A stretch of DNA of 64,000 nucleotides, taken from positions 24,674 to 88,673 of IMG/VR virus record IMGVR_UViG_3300047550_001767; one strand, written 5' to 3'. The stretch comes from a virus. The stretch's first letter is position 1; every line of letters begins with the position of its first letter. The position numbers and the translations under genes are program-made. The notes below the pieces were generated by a model that had not been told where the DNA came from, did not search any database, and saw only the letters and a list, made by a program, of their open reading frames with translations. Below are positions 9,838 through 19,302 of the stretch, in pieces.

Positions 9838-10816
9838 TTTGTTTTACCGGTGCACGTTTACTTATTATAATGTCAGTGCCGCAAGTACATTGCATTTTTT
9901 TACAGATGACTGGACGTGACATAAGTTGTATATCTTCATATATATTGCCTAATATGGGGCCCTGTCCACAACTCGCTGCTGTAGTATGTCCGGCACTGTT
10001 AATAAACAACGCTTCATCTACATTACATTCCCAACCAGTAAAGAAGTTTCTGCGTTCTGCGACTATACGGTTTCCGTTTAAGGGTTGTTCTAATCCAGAT
10101 TCATAAACTTCTTTACTAGCGCACTGCCACTTACTGCCTTGTGGTTTGTCTATTGTAGTTTTACTTTCAAAGGTATGAGTTTTGAAAAATTCATGCATCC
10201 AAGGTTCGCTATAGTCCCATGGTGCAACATTAATATCAATATCGCTAAACAATGGTACCCATTCTAGGTTATAGTTTTGTAATGTTGATTTTACTTTTTC
10301 GCCAAATTCCATAACTTCTCTAAATCTATCTTCTTGCATCATCATGCGACTACAGAGATAATTTACTTTATCCTGCAAAAATATTAGATTGTCAAGGTAT
10401 CTGTCACGATTAGCAAAGTCAATATGAAAACTTGCTACTACATCGTGAAACAAATGATAATGCTCTTTCCACCATTGCGTACTACGGCTTAAATTAGTAT
10501 TGATACCAATATGAGGATCATCAATACGTTCTTTCAACCATTTAATTAGAGGTATCAAAAATGGCCAAACAGTTGGTTCGCCACCACTGAAATAAAACTT
10601 ATAACCCTTCGTACCCTTACGTTCAAACTGTGTGATAATTTTATCTAAGTTAAATTTAATTCTATCAAAATCTTCTGGTTTTCCATGTTTAGGGCCTAAT
10701 CCTGCCCAATTACCCGGATTGCAGTACTTACATTTAAAGTTACAAAAATCATTAACCTGCCAAGTGATATTGACATATGGATGATACATTGGTTTAATTT
10801 CAATTAACTTATCCAT
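9830..10816 (-). CDS. Radical SAM protein with C-terminal twitch/SPASM-like Cys cluster
   Basis: CNFKCKYC, SGGEP, NTN, C-terminal WEC...ASC...ICKKMQCTC. Confidence 0.88.
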   Translation of the reverse strand: MDKLIEIKPMYHPYVNITWQVNDFCNFKCKYCNPGNWAGLGPKHGKPEDFDRIKFNLDKIITQFERKGTKGYKFYFSGGEPTVWPFLIPLIKWLKERIDDPHIGINTNLSRSTQWWKEHYHLFHDVVASFHIDFANRDRYLDNLIFLQDKVNYLCSRMMMQEDRFREVMEFGEKVKSTLQNYNLEWVPLFSDIDINVAPWDYSEPWMHEFFKTHTFESKTTIDKPQGSKWQCASKEVYESGLEQPLNGNRIVAERRNFFTGWECNVDEALFINSAGHTTAASCGQGPILGNIYEDIQLMSRPVICKKMQCTCGTDIIISKRAPVKQNA

Positions 10817-12191
10817 GTTTTGCTCTATAACCGTCTAAAAATTTCTTATAATTTTTAAATTGATTACTATAAGTTTCGTTATAAGGAATATTGATAATTG
10901 AATTTTCTAGTGCAGCCATTGTGTCTTTGTTCACAGTAAAATATTTTAAACCACTATCATGCTGTCTTGCCTTTTCTCTAATTCTAGGTATACACTTCAT
11001 ACGATCCTCATTTGGTATTGATGCTAAACCCAAATATAAAGGATATGATAATGTAATAGGCCACCATTCAACACGCTTCTGATATTGCTCTGCTTCTTTT
11101 GCTAGCAAATCCCATATTTCTGTAACATACTGATAATTTAAGGCCTGTAAAACCGTGTAGCAAAGTATACGCCAGTTAGGACGAGTACTCGCCATTTCAA
11201 ATACTTTCTTAATATTTTCACGCACTACGTCCCACTTAGTACCATAGCGTATGTATTCTGCTACACCACCAATACCGTCAATACTCATCTGTATTTCAAC
11301 GTTATCAAAATTACTTAAAGCCTCATAGAATTTTGGATTCCATGTTGTCATATTGGTCGTAAATTCAATCTTACAGTTTCTATTTCCTGCTGCAATTAAT
11401 TCTTCAAACATCTTATAGTTTGCTTTAATAAGTGTTGGCTCGCCTCCCGTCGTGTATAGGCGTCGCAATTTAGGTGCCATACGTCTAAAGTTTTTATAAA
11501 ACATTTCTGTTTCATACCATTCAGTAATTTCGCTTTTTTCTACAAGATCGTAATCATCTTGCCACTTATCCTGTAACCAATCTAGTTTTTGTTCTTTTAG
11601 CACGCCTGATTTTAAAATCTCTTTACGCTCATCTTGAATAAGTGAACTACTCATGCCCCAACATGTTATACATTTTAAATTACATTGATTGCCCAAACGT
11701 AACTCAAGGCTTAAAGGTAGCATGTCTAACACGCTATACATCTTTTTGTTTATACCATCATATTCTGTAATACTGTTTAAATGATTTGATAATTCATTAT
11801 CATTTTCTTGTCTTATCAACCACATTTTATTTTGTCCTTTTCTAGGACTGTGGCCACTTACTTTTTCCATTTTATAACAATCTAAACAATCTCCAGATCC
11901 ATTATTTTGTCTATGTAGATCACGCACGTTTTGCATATGATCTGAATTCCAGATTGTGTCGATATCATCATATCCTAAATTAAAAGGCTTTGCAGGTTTA
12001 CCATAACCTACAAAATAATCCATAGCGATACTACAACATAATTTGACATTACCGTTTGGATTCGTATTAAGATTGAGCCATGGCAGTACACAAAACTTCT
12101 TCATGTTTCCTGCTAGCCAATTAATTTTTTTATCGCTTGGTACGTCTTCAGGAACTTTAGGTACAGCGTGAACTACCCAATTTAAATCCAT
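10809..12191 (-). CDS. Radical SAM protein with N-terminal twitch domain
   Basis: FCVLPW...LCC...CLDC, GNQCNLKCITC, TGGEP, TTN, SIDG...YIRY. Confidence 0.88.
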   Translation of the reverse strand: MDLNWVVHAVPKVPEDVPSDKKINWLAGNMKKFCVLPWLNLNTNPNGNVKLCCSIAMDYFVGYGKPAKPFNLGYDDIDTIWNSDHMQNVRDLHRQNNGSGDCLDCYKMEKVSGHSPRKGQNKMWLIRQENDNELSNHLNSITEYDGINKKMYSVLDMLPLSLELRLGNQCNLKCITCWGMSSSLIQDERKEILKSGVLKEQKLDWLQDKWQDDYDLVEKSEITEWYETEMFYKNFRRMAPKLRRLYTTGGEPTLIKANYKMFEELIAAGNRNCKIEFTTNMTTWNPKFYEALSNFDNVEIQMSIDGIGGVAEYIRYGTKWDVVRENIKKVFEMASTRPNWRILCYTVLQALNYQYVTEIWDLLAKEAEQYQKRVEWWPITLSYPLYLGLASIPNEDRMKCIPRIREKARQHDSGLKYFTVNKDTMAALENSIINIPYNETYSNQFKNYKKFLDGYRAKHG

Positions 12192-13393
12192 AGTGGTTTT
12201 AACTCCGGAAATGTTATTGTTAAATTTTCATTTCTTAAATTGTCGATTGTAGTTATCACTGCCTTAAATTCAGGAATCAATTCTCTATGATCTGCGCTAT
12301 CCATATAATCTAGTATACCCTTTACGGCGTGTATTGTTTGTGGCCAAGCATTATTATCAGTTAACCACTGTATATACTTTTCATATAATTTGTGTACTTC
12401 CTTTTTTTGCTCTGGGGTTAACATTGTAATACTAAAGTAACGCGGATGTGTTAATATGTTAACACGAATGTTATTGATATTCAAGAGTCCTTCTTCGACC
12501 CAAGTTCTGTGAAAATCAAAAAGGCTATATACACTGAATATACTTACTGTGGGGGTTATTTCAAAATAAACATCTGGGCAACTTTCAATCATCTGTCTAC
12601 GATTCTTTACAATACGATCCCAGTCTGTGCCTTTACGACTATATTCTGCACGATCTCCATATGTATCTAAACTTGCTGCGACACGTACATCCTTAAACAT
12701 TTTCCAATAATCTAATATTGACTTCTCTTTTAATTTTAAGGCACTAAAGTTAGTAGTATAACGTAGACGTACATCTGTTCTGCCCTTTTCTAACCAATAG
12801 TCTAATACTTGGTAGTGTTGCGGTGTGATTAATGCTTCGCCACCAGCAAAGTAAACTTCTTCAACATAATCTAAATGCTGTTTTAAATCATCCATAAAAA
12901 ATGGATTATTCTTTAAATCAATAAACTTAGATTTGGACCAAGTGGGGAACATCTTTACTTGATCGTCGTACCAACTGCTACTTAAATCAGGGCCGCACGT
13001 TCTACAGCGCATGTTGCATAAATTACTAAAACGTATATCCATATAATACATTTTGTAATCATTTATACTACCATCGTCATTTGTCTTGTCAAACAAATCC
13101 ATATGATTACTAAAACTTTCTAAACTATTTTTTCTTAATGTCCAACTATCTGCGCTTGTCTCTAATTCGTAACAACGCATACATGCTTTTGGTTTTTCGC
13201 CATTTAGCATTTGTCTGCGCAGTTCTTTAAATTTTTCATTATTGATTAATTTGTTAATATCTTCCTTATAGACATTACCAAATACCTCGCTACTATCGCT
13301 CATACAGCAAGGAAATGTATTTCCATTTGGCCATATATGCATATGCATCCAAGGCATTAAACATACAACATTTTTATCTATTGATTTACTCAT
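12182..13393 (-). CDS. Radical SAM protein with N-terminal twitch domain
   Basis: VCLMPW...PCC...CMRC, SNLCNMRCRTC, AGGE, TTN, SLD. Confidence 0.88.
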   Translation of the reverse strand: MSKSIDKNVVCLMPWMHMHIWPNGNTFPCCMSDSSEVFGNVYKEDINKLINNEKFKELRRQMLNGEKPKACMRCYELETSADSWTLRKNSLESFSNHMDLFDKTNDDGSINDYKMYYMDIRFSNLCNMRCRTCGPDLSSSWYDDQVKMFPTWSKSKFIDLKNNPFFMDDLKQHLDYVEEVYFAGGEALITPQHYQVLDYWLEKGRTDVRLRYTTNFSALKLKEKSILDYWKMFKDVRVAASLDTYGDRAEYSRKGTDWDRIVKNRRQMIESCPDVYFEITPTVSIFSVYSLFDFHRTWVEEGLLNINNIRVNILTHPRYFSITMLTPEQKKEVHKLYEKYIQWLTDNNAWPQTIHAVKGILDYMDSADHRELIPEFKAVITTIDNLRNENLTITFPELKPLWI

Positions 13394-14625
13394 GTTATTA
13401 ATTCTTCTAGTTCCGGAAATACATTTGCAAATTGTTCTTCACGTAAATTATCTAAATGTGATGTTTCCTTCTGAAATTGCTCTTTATGTCTTTCCCAAGT
13501 GTTATCTGCTAAAACCCATTTTTTAGCATCAACTAATGGCTGTACATGATGTGGTTTAAACCCCATCATTTTCATACGTGTAATCACAGTTTCAATACCT
13601 TCTATCCCCTGTATTTTAAGATGTACAGGTAATGCCAATGCTGCTATATGTTCAGGGCTTATCATGTTGTAAATGGTGTTTGATCTATCTTCAGGGGTAT
13701 AAAAATTCTTATTTAAGAGATAATGATAGAAAGTACTAAAGGTAACAAAGTTAAAAATGCTTAATACACTGTTTATTTGTGTAGCAACATAGGGAACACT
13801 TTTTACTTTTTTAAAGTTTTCTTCAATTTGTTTCCAGTCTGTGCCTTTGCGCATGTATTCTGCTCTTGATCCATAATGATCTAGGCTAGCATAAACTTCT
13901 ATCTTTTTAGTAAAGTGACTCCACAAATCTAATAGGTCTTTATTTTTAAATTTTAAATTACTCAAGTTAGTATTATATCTTAATCTAACATCAGTACGTC
14001 CCTGACGTATCATTTCTTCAAGCATAATATAATGTTCTTCTGTAATTAATGGTTCTCCGCCTGCAAAATATGCCATTGTTATATGTGGAATCTGTTGTAG
14101 TACATCATCTACATATTTGCTACGGTTATCTTTATCAATTGTTATAATTGTTCGACCTTGCTTTGCATCTTCATTTTCCCATTGACTACTATAATGACTA
14201 TTACAAGTTCTACATTTCATATTACATATATTGCTTAAACGCAAATCAAAATAGCGCATTTTAAATTTGCCTATTTCTCCTGTAATATCGGTCGATGCTA
14301 ATGCTTCGTCAAAAAATTGACCAAACATCTGTTCTTCGTTCATATTATTTCTAAAACTATAAATGCCTTGTTCTTCATGTCTATGACAGGCTTTACAAAT
14401 AGGATTTTTTATACCTTCTAGCATATCTCTACGCAATTCTTTCATTGCTTCGCTATTCACTAATTCTATTAGTGATTTTTCGTTTGCGTTTCCTACAGGA
14501 TATAATTGATTACCAATGCAACAAGGAGTGCCTACACCAACAGGAGTAACATGCATACTAACCCAGGGAAGCATACAAAAACTTCCGTTTTTAGTTAATA
14601 ACTCTTCTTCTGGTGTATACTTCAT
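13390..14625 (-). CDS. Radical SAM protein with N-terminal twitch domain
   Basis: FCMLPW...PCC...CKAC, SNICNMKCRTC, AGGEP, NTN, SLD. Closest paralogue of 12182..13393 (shared GRTDVRLRY, RKGTDW). Confidence 0.88.
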   Translation of the reverse strand: MKYTPEEELLTKNGSFCMLPWVSMHVTPVGVGTPCCIGNQLYPVGNANEKSLIELVNSEAMKELRRDMLEGIKNPICKACHRHEEQGIYSFRNNMNEEQMFGQFFDEALASTDITGEIGKFKMRYFDLRLSNICNMKCRTCNSHYSSQWENEDAKQGRTIITIDKDNRSKYVDDVLQQIPHITMAYFAGGEPLITEEHYIMLEEMIRQGRTDVRLRYNTNLSNLKFKNKDLLDLWSHFTKKIEVYASLDHYGSRAEYMRKGTDWKQIEENFKKVKSVPYVATQINSVLSIFNFVTFSTFYHYLLNKNFYTPEDRSNTIYNMISPEHIAALALPVHLKIQGIEGIETVITRMKMMGFKPHHVQPLVDAKKWVLADNTWERHKEQFQKETSHLDNLREEQFANVFPELEELIT

Positions 14626-16025
14626 TGCAATGGATTCAATCTATTTGTTTCTTGGCAAATTCTATAAAAATTTAAAAGTTCAGGAAATATTTCAAGCATA
14701 TTTGTGTCTCTGCGCTCATCCAACTCATTGAACCAATTATAGAAATCTCTACGTCCTTCTATTAATTTATCTTCATCATATTGAGTTTCACGCATATAAT
14801 CAACCACACGTTTAAACTTTTCATATTCAATCGTGCTAAATTTTTTGCTTGACTTATCATCTACATTTTCTTTCATAAAATCTAATGCTTCTTCCATAAA
14901 AGGCATAAACTCGCCTTTGGGTAAAATATTCATGTCATACTGGAGTGGCTCACGTAGATAAGGAGTATCAAATCTTACGCGGTGTTGTGGGTTGATGGGG
15001 TCATCATACCAATCATACATATTACGCCACTCCAATATTTTTTGTAGTAATAATTTAAAAGATGTTACACTAAACAAATTAAATGTAATCATAAAGGTTA
15101 CAGGACTGTTTGTGATACTCAAATATGTGTGCAAGTTTTTTTCCCATAATTCTATATCAAGGCCTGTACGATTATATTCTGCTCTTGGGCCCCAAGTATC
15201 GATACTTGAGAAAAGTTTAAATGCTCTAATTTTCCCTTCGTCACTTAACTTTCTAACCGCCTTACTCATTTTTTCTACAAGTGCAGTCTTTGTACCTAAA
15301 TTGCTATTAATGTTAAGTTCAAGCCAGGGCATAGGATCTTTATCAATTTCATCAAGCACTTGATATGTACTTCTATGCATAGTAGGCTCACCACCAGTTA
15401 TACGCATGATGTTTAATGTCTTGCGTAACTCAGGCCACCATTTCCAGAACGCATCAACGTAAGGGTTTTCTTCTTCACGCTGATATAGTTTCATCCAGTC
15501 AATATCACAGCGGTGATTTTTTACGCTTGTGACAGGACCATGTTCTTTGATTTCTTGATAGAAACGTGTTGAATATTTTGGATGACAGTACCCGCATTTG
15601 AAGTTACATTCATTACCGAAATTAATTTCAAGGTATTCTGGATTAATATTTTGTTCGTGACTACCCTTAGCACATTGATTAAAACGTTCATCTGTAAAAA
15701 TACTTGCATTTCTAATGTGGCGGTCGCTTACGTAATCAGGACCCATATCCTCTACGTTCCAACAATATTGACAGCCAGAAGGACGTTTGCCCTCTAACAT
15801 CATTTTTCGTTCTTCTTTTTTCTCTTTAGTATTGTGTAATGCTGACGGATTGTCTACTAATTCCTCTAGTGGAATCTTATGAGGGCGGGGGTGATAGCAA
15901 CTATGTGTCTCACCCGATTGTAAGTACATAGTGACATGATGCCACTTTGCTAAACAAAAAGTTGACGTTGCTTGATTTTCAACTACTACTTTTATTTCTT
16001 TAATTCTGTCAATCTCATAACTCAT
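14622..16025 (-). CDS. Radical SAM protein with N-terminal twitch-like domain
   Basis: FCLAKW...HSCYH...GCQYC, GNECNFKCGYC, TGGEP, NSN, SID. Confidence 0.88.
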   Translation of the reverse strand: MSYEIDRIKEIKVVVENQATSTFCLAKWHHVTMYLQSGETHSCYHPRPHKIPLEELVDNPSALHNTKEKKEERKMMLEGKRPSGCQYCWNVEDMGPDYVSDRHIRNASIFTDERFNQCAKGSHEQNINPEYLEINFGNECNFKCGYCHPKYSTRFYQEIKEHGPVTSVKNHRCDIDWMKLYQREEENPYVDAFWKWWPELRKTLNIMRITGGEPTMHRSTYQVLDEIDKDPMPWLELNINSNLGTKTALVEKMSKAVRKLSDEGKIRAFKLFSSIDTWGPRAEYNRTGLDIELWEKNLHTYLSITNSPVTFMITFNLFSVTSFKLLLQKILEWRNMYDWYDDPINPQHRVRFDTPYLREPLQYDMNILPKGEFMPFMEEALDFMKENVDDKSSKKFSTIEYEKFKRVVDYMRETQYDEDKLIEGRRDFYNWFNELDERRDTNMLEIFPELLNFYRICQETNRLNPLQ

Positions 16026-16981
16026 TACCAGCCCTCTATTTTTCTTATGACATCCATTTCTTTTACTAATGGGCCTAAGTTATGTTTGTCGGAGTTATAG
16101 TGTCGTTTAAAAAACTTACTTTGTTCTGCATCAAGTGTGCATATAGGTAAATCTAATTTATTCTGTAAAATATCGCCCAATCGGTCACTTTCGGTAACCG
16201 GACGCATATGCTTAAAAATACCATCCCACATTTTTTGTAAGTTGTCGAACCACATTACATTTTTATGATCCCAAATTGTCAACATAGTCATGTAAGTACC
16301 AAGACGTGCGCCATATATAGCCCAATCTCCGTTCTCTACATCCATGCCAACATTATGCCATATAGTTAAATTATTGAGGTTACGTGATGCTACTCTTGTT
16401 TTAAATTCGTCAACTGTTGGTCTAGCGCCGGCGTCTAAACACATTTTAACTCCCTCACGAAATCCTGCACGCCATGCTTGAAATGGTGTACCATTGGGGT
16501 AAGTAGTACTATAACAATCGTACATAGCCCAATAAAGATTGTCTGCACTATCCATACAAAAATCTACTTGTGTGGCCGAACTACCGTCTGTATGTTCATG
16601 TGTACGCATGTTAAACACATATTCTTTTGTCCAACTGCTCATGCCACCGTTGCCGTAACGTAATCCATTAATATTATTTGTAGCCTTCCAGCGAAACTGT
16701 GCTTTTTTATAAATTGGATCAAGACCAGTAAAGTCAAGTTGAATATTGAAAAAATCAGGTGTAGGTAAATTGTCGCCGTCAATTAATATAAAACGATCAG
16801 TCTCACTTGCTTCTGCTGCTGCTTTATGTGCGGCATCACTACCCTTTACGCCATCAACACGTTTAGCATATGGGCATAATTCATTTTTTATTTTATGCCA
16901 AAAATGTTCTTTTTGTGGCTCATCATAACTTAGATATATGCAATCTAAGTCAACAACATCTACTATGTCATCCCAACTCAT
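16025..16981 (-). CDS. GT-A fold glycosyltransferase-like protein
   Basis: N-terminal IYLSYDEP, AHKAAA...FILIDGDN (DxD), YGNGG, AWRAGFRE. Confidence 0.65.
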   Translation of the reverse strand: MSWDDIVDVVDLDCIYLSYDEPQKEHFWHKIKNELCPYAKRVDGVKGSDAAHKAAAEASETDRFILIDGDNLPTPDFFNIQLDFTGLDPIYKKAQFRWKATNNINGLRYGNGGMSSWTKEYVFNMRTHEHTDGSSATQVDFCMDSADNLYWAMYDCYSTTYPNGTPFQAWRAGFREGVKMCLDAGARPTVDEFKTRVASRNLNNLTIWHNVGMDVENGDWAIYGARLGTYMTMLTIWDHKNVMWFDNLQKMWDGIFKHMRPVTESDRLGDILQNKLDLPICTLDAEQSKFFKRHYNSDKHNLGPLVKEMDVIRKIEGW

Positions 16982-17321
16982 ATGTTATTAACACCCATTG
17001 GGTAATTTCAATACTACCATCATCAACTATAATACTAATATCTTCTTTAGCACATTTATTGCCTAAAAGACTGTCTGGTTGTAACTTGCTTATAATTGCA
17101 GAAGGATTTACTGTTGATAAGCGACCGTTGATAACTCTAACATCAGGGCGAGCTGTAGCAAAAGTAATAGCATCAATAACTATGTATTTGCCTTCAGGTT
17201 TCTCGCAGGTATAAAATAATACTTTACCGTTTTCTTCTTCGTAATATAAACGAAATTCGGGAGCCTCAATTTTAGGTGCCTCAAACAATAAGACATAATC
17301 TTCTGTTTCATCTTGATTCAT
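16968..17321 (-). CDS. Hypothetical protein (117 aa) in glycosyltransferase operon
   Basis: ORF overlaps both neighbours; no recognisable motif. Confidence 0.75.
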   Translation of the reverse strand: MNQDETEDYVLLFEAPKIEAPEFRLYYEEENGKVLFYTCEKPEGKYIVIDAITFATARPDVRVINGRLSTVNPSAIISKLQPDSLLGNKCAKEDISIIVDDGSIEITQWVLITYELG

Positions 17322-18112
17322 ATAGACTTCTCTATTTCATAGGCAAATTTTTTCACATGATAGTGAAAAGGATACATTTGCGGTACGGTATTTATACGTA
17401 AAGTATGAGGTAATATTTCATAAATTAAAACGTCTGTCCAATCTTCACTAGGCGTGCCATTAATATGTTGCTTCATGTGCACCATAGACATTTCTGGATA
17501 ATTAGGTAATGTTGTATGTTCTATTCCTATGATGTGCGCTGCTATCGCATATGCCCAGTCAGTAGTAACAGGCTCAGTAGGACTGCATTTAAGCATAGCA
17601 CGAAATTCAGGCCAGTTTTCAAAAACCATTCTAACGATTTTAAAAAATGTTTCAGCAACATTACTTTTCTTAAAGTATGTTATAGCGTTATAAACATTAG
17701 GTAGTTTATTATCTTCAATAAACCGACGATAAAATTTCTGTTTACTAATTTCTTGCTTAAAATCTCTTATGTGTGTGCTTACCACTAAATCTTTATGCTT
17801 TAAAATATCCCACCAAGGTTCTATTGATTTTGGCAAATACAAATCTGCTTCAAGTTTAATAGTATATTCATAAGGACTTGCTTCATAAACTTGCCAGTCA
17901 TTGATAAGTTTCCAGTTACCGCCTTTATCCAAATCTCCATATGGCAAGGCTATCACGCTATCAAAATAACTTGCATCATCTACTTCATCACTAATTAAAG
18001 AAACTTTTGCGTCTGGCATATGTTTTTTAATACTATAAGCCAGCATTTCAGCACATTTAACATAGTTAACAAACTCTGTGTTTTGTGCTAAGATTACAAA
18101 TCCTTTATCCAT
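17318..18112 (-). CDS. GT-A (GT8-like) glycosyltransferase
   Basis: KGFVILA...Y...A..LA.SIK, FD.VI, SPYEYTIKLEADL (EAD in place of DxD), TDWAY, HMK. Confidence 0.65.
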   Translation of the reverse strand: MDKGFVILAQNTEFVNYVKCAEMLAYSIKKHMPDAKVSLISDEVDDASYFDSVIALPYGDLDKGGNWKLINDWQVYEASPYEYTIKLEADLYLPKSIEPWWDILKHKDLVVSTHIRDFKQEISKQKFYRRFIEDNKLPNVYNAITYFKKSNVAETFFKIVRMVFENWPEFRAMLKCSPTEPVTTDWAYAIAAHIIGIEHTTLPNYPEMSMVHMKQHINGTPSEDWTDVLIYEILPHTLRINTVPQMYPFHYHVKKFAYEIEKSI

Positions 18113-18932
18113 TTTTAATTAACTCCACATAAATGTCTTTATTCATTACGTGAAAATCCATATCTTTTATAGTAATAAATTCTTTTCTTATTTTACCACG
18201 CTGCCAATTGTCAAACAATACAGTATATTCTGTATTGTAAGGAGAGTTACTTGCTGCGATAACATTAGTATTTTTACCTACGTGCATTAAATTCCATGGT
18301 ATAATATCTTGAGGTGCTATAGTATGACCATTTACTATACGTAATGCTAAAGTTAATGCATAATCATTTCTAAAAATATTTGCTAAAAAGTGATGCATGT
18401 TTGCGTAGTGACCAAAATTATTTTGTATCATTTCAATACAATTGAAGATTTGTTCTGCACGTTCTGTTTTTTTAAAAGCAACTACTGTTGCCCATAATGT
18501 TTTATAACTGTATACACTTAATACTTCTTGCGGTAATCTAGGCTGCATGAAATACTCTGTGTTGTCATGGCAACAAAAATCATCGTACAAATCAAAACAT
18601 TTTAACAACTTGTCGCTATTAACAACATAATCAACATCAAGTAATAAAGTTTCTTTATAAGGACTTAATTTATAGGCTTGATATCTTCCTTTATTAATCC
18701 AAGGCGCGCCGTCTCTATTATTATTTTTATCTGCCGTGACTAATTTTACTTTATCAAATTTATAATCTGAAATGGCGCTATTTAAAGTCTCTTTATCAGT
18801 AACTAATGTAACTGGCAAATTTAAAAAATGATTTATACGCTGGGCAGTATGAACTGCCATGTCATAATAATTATACTTGGTATTGTTAAATGCAAAAAGT
18901 ATCGCACCGCGACTTTTCTTTCCGCGTTTCAT
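18105..18932 (-). CDS. GT-A (GT8-like) glycosyltransferase
   Basis: RGAILFA...Y..MA, FDKV, SPYKETLLLDVDY (DxD), RNDYA, DFHVMNK. Paralogous to 17318..18112. Confidence 0.7.
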   Translation of the reverse strand: MKRGKKSRGAILFAFNNTKYNYYDMAVHTAQRINHFLNLPVTLVTDKETLNSAISDYKFDKVKLVTADKNNNRDGAPWINKGRYQAYKLSPYKETLLLDVDYVVNSDKLLKCFDLYDDFCCHDNTEYFMQPRLPQEVLSVYSYKTLWATVVAFKKTERAEQIFNCIEMIQNNFGHYANMHHFLANIFRNDYALTLALRIVNGHTIAPQDIIPWNLMHVGKNTNVIAASNSPYNTEYTVLFDNWQRGKIRKEFITIKDMDFHVMNKDIYVELIKNG

Positions 18933-19234
18933 CTCTTTGCCTCTAACTCATTCCATTCTTTTAACCACTCAGTCATAGTCTGTTGATAAACAGATTTTAA
19001 TTTATGTAGTAAATCTTCTCTATTAATTTTAACGGGATTATTAAAGGTATCCATAACGACTATTTCATCGTCATCAAAAGAATTTAATAAAGTTATAGTT
19101 TGCTGATCTGCTTTCCATAAGCCACCTTGATCAGCCAAAGTTAGTCTACTATCATATTTTTCTTTTAAGTAGGCTTTCGCTGAATTGTGACTAAATCTAG
19201 CCTTTGATTCGGCTAATAAAGTTTTGACATCCAT
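18929..19234 (-). CDS. Small hypothetical protein, possibly tail-fibre-associated
   Basis: GGAG Shine-Dalgarno upstream. First gene of the coupled operon, directly after fibre-like genes. Function inferred only from position. Confidence 0.6.
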   Translation of the reverse strand: MDVKTLLAESKARFSHNSAKAYLKEKYDSRLTLADQGGLWKADQQTITLLNSFDDDEIVVMDTFNNPVKINREDLLHKLKSVYQQTMTEWLKEWNELEAKR

Positions 19235-19302
19235 TTTATACTCCTTGAAGGCGCTAATGCTCCTTGCGAGTATTTAGATTTAAAAAATGGAACGATTAAA
19301 AA

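Noticed and set aside
8581-19234. RiPP (peptide natural product) interpretation of the radical SAM/SPASM array
   Set aside because: No precursor-like short peptide, PqqD/RRE domain, protease or exporter visible; neighbours are sugar enzymes. A precursor outside the window cannot be excluded.
19241-19266. Direct repeat CTCCTTG x2 upstream of the 101-aa gene
   Set aside because: Only 7 bp; one copy is simply the Shine-Dalgarno (CAAGGAG on the minus strand).
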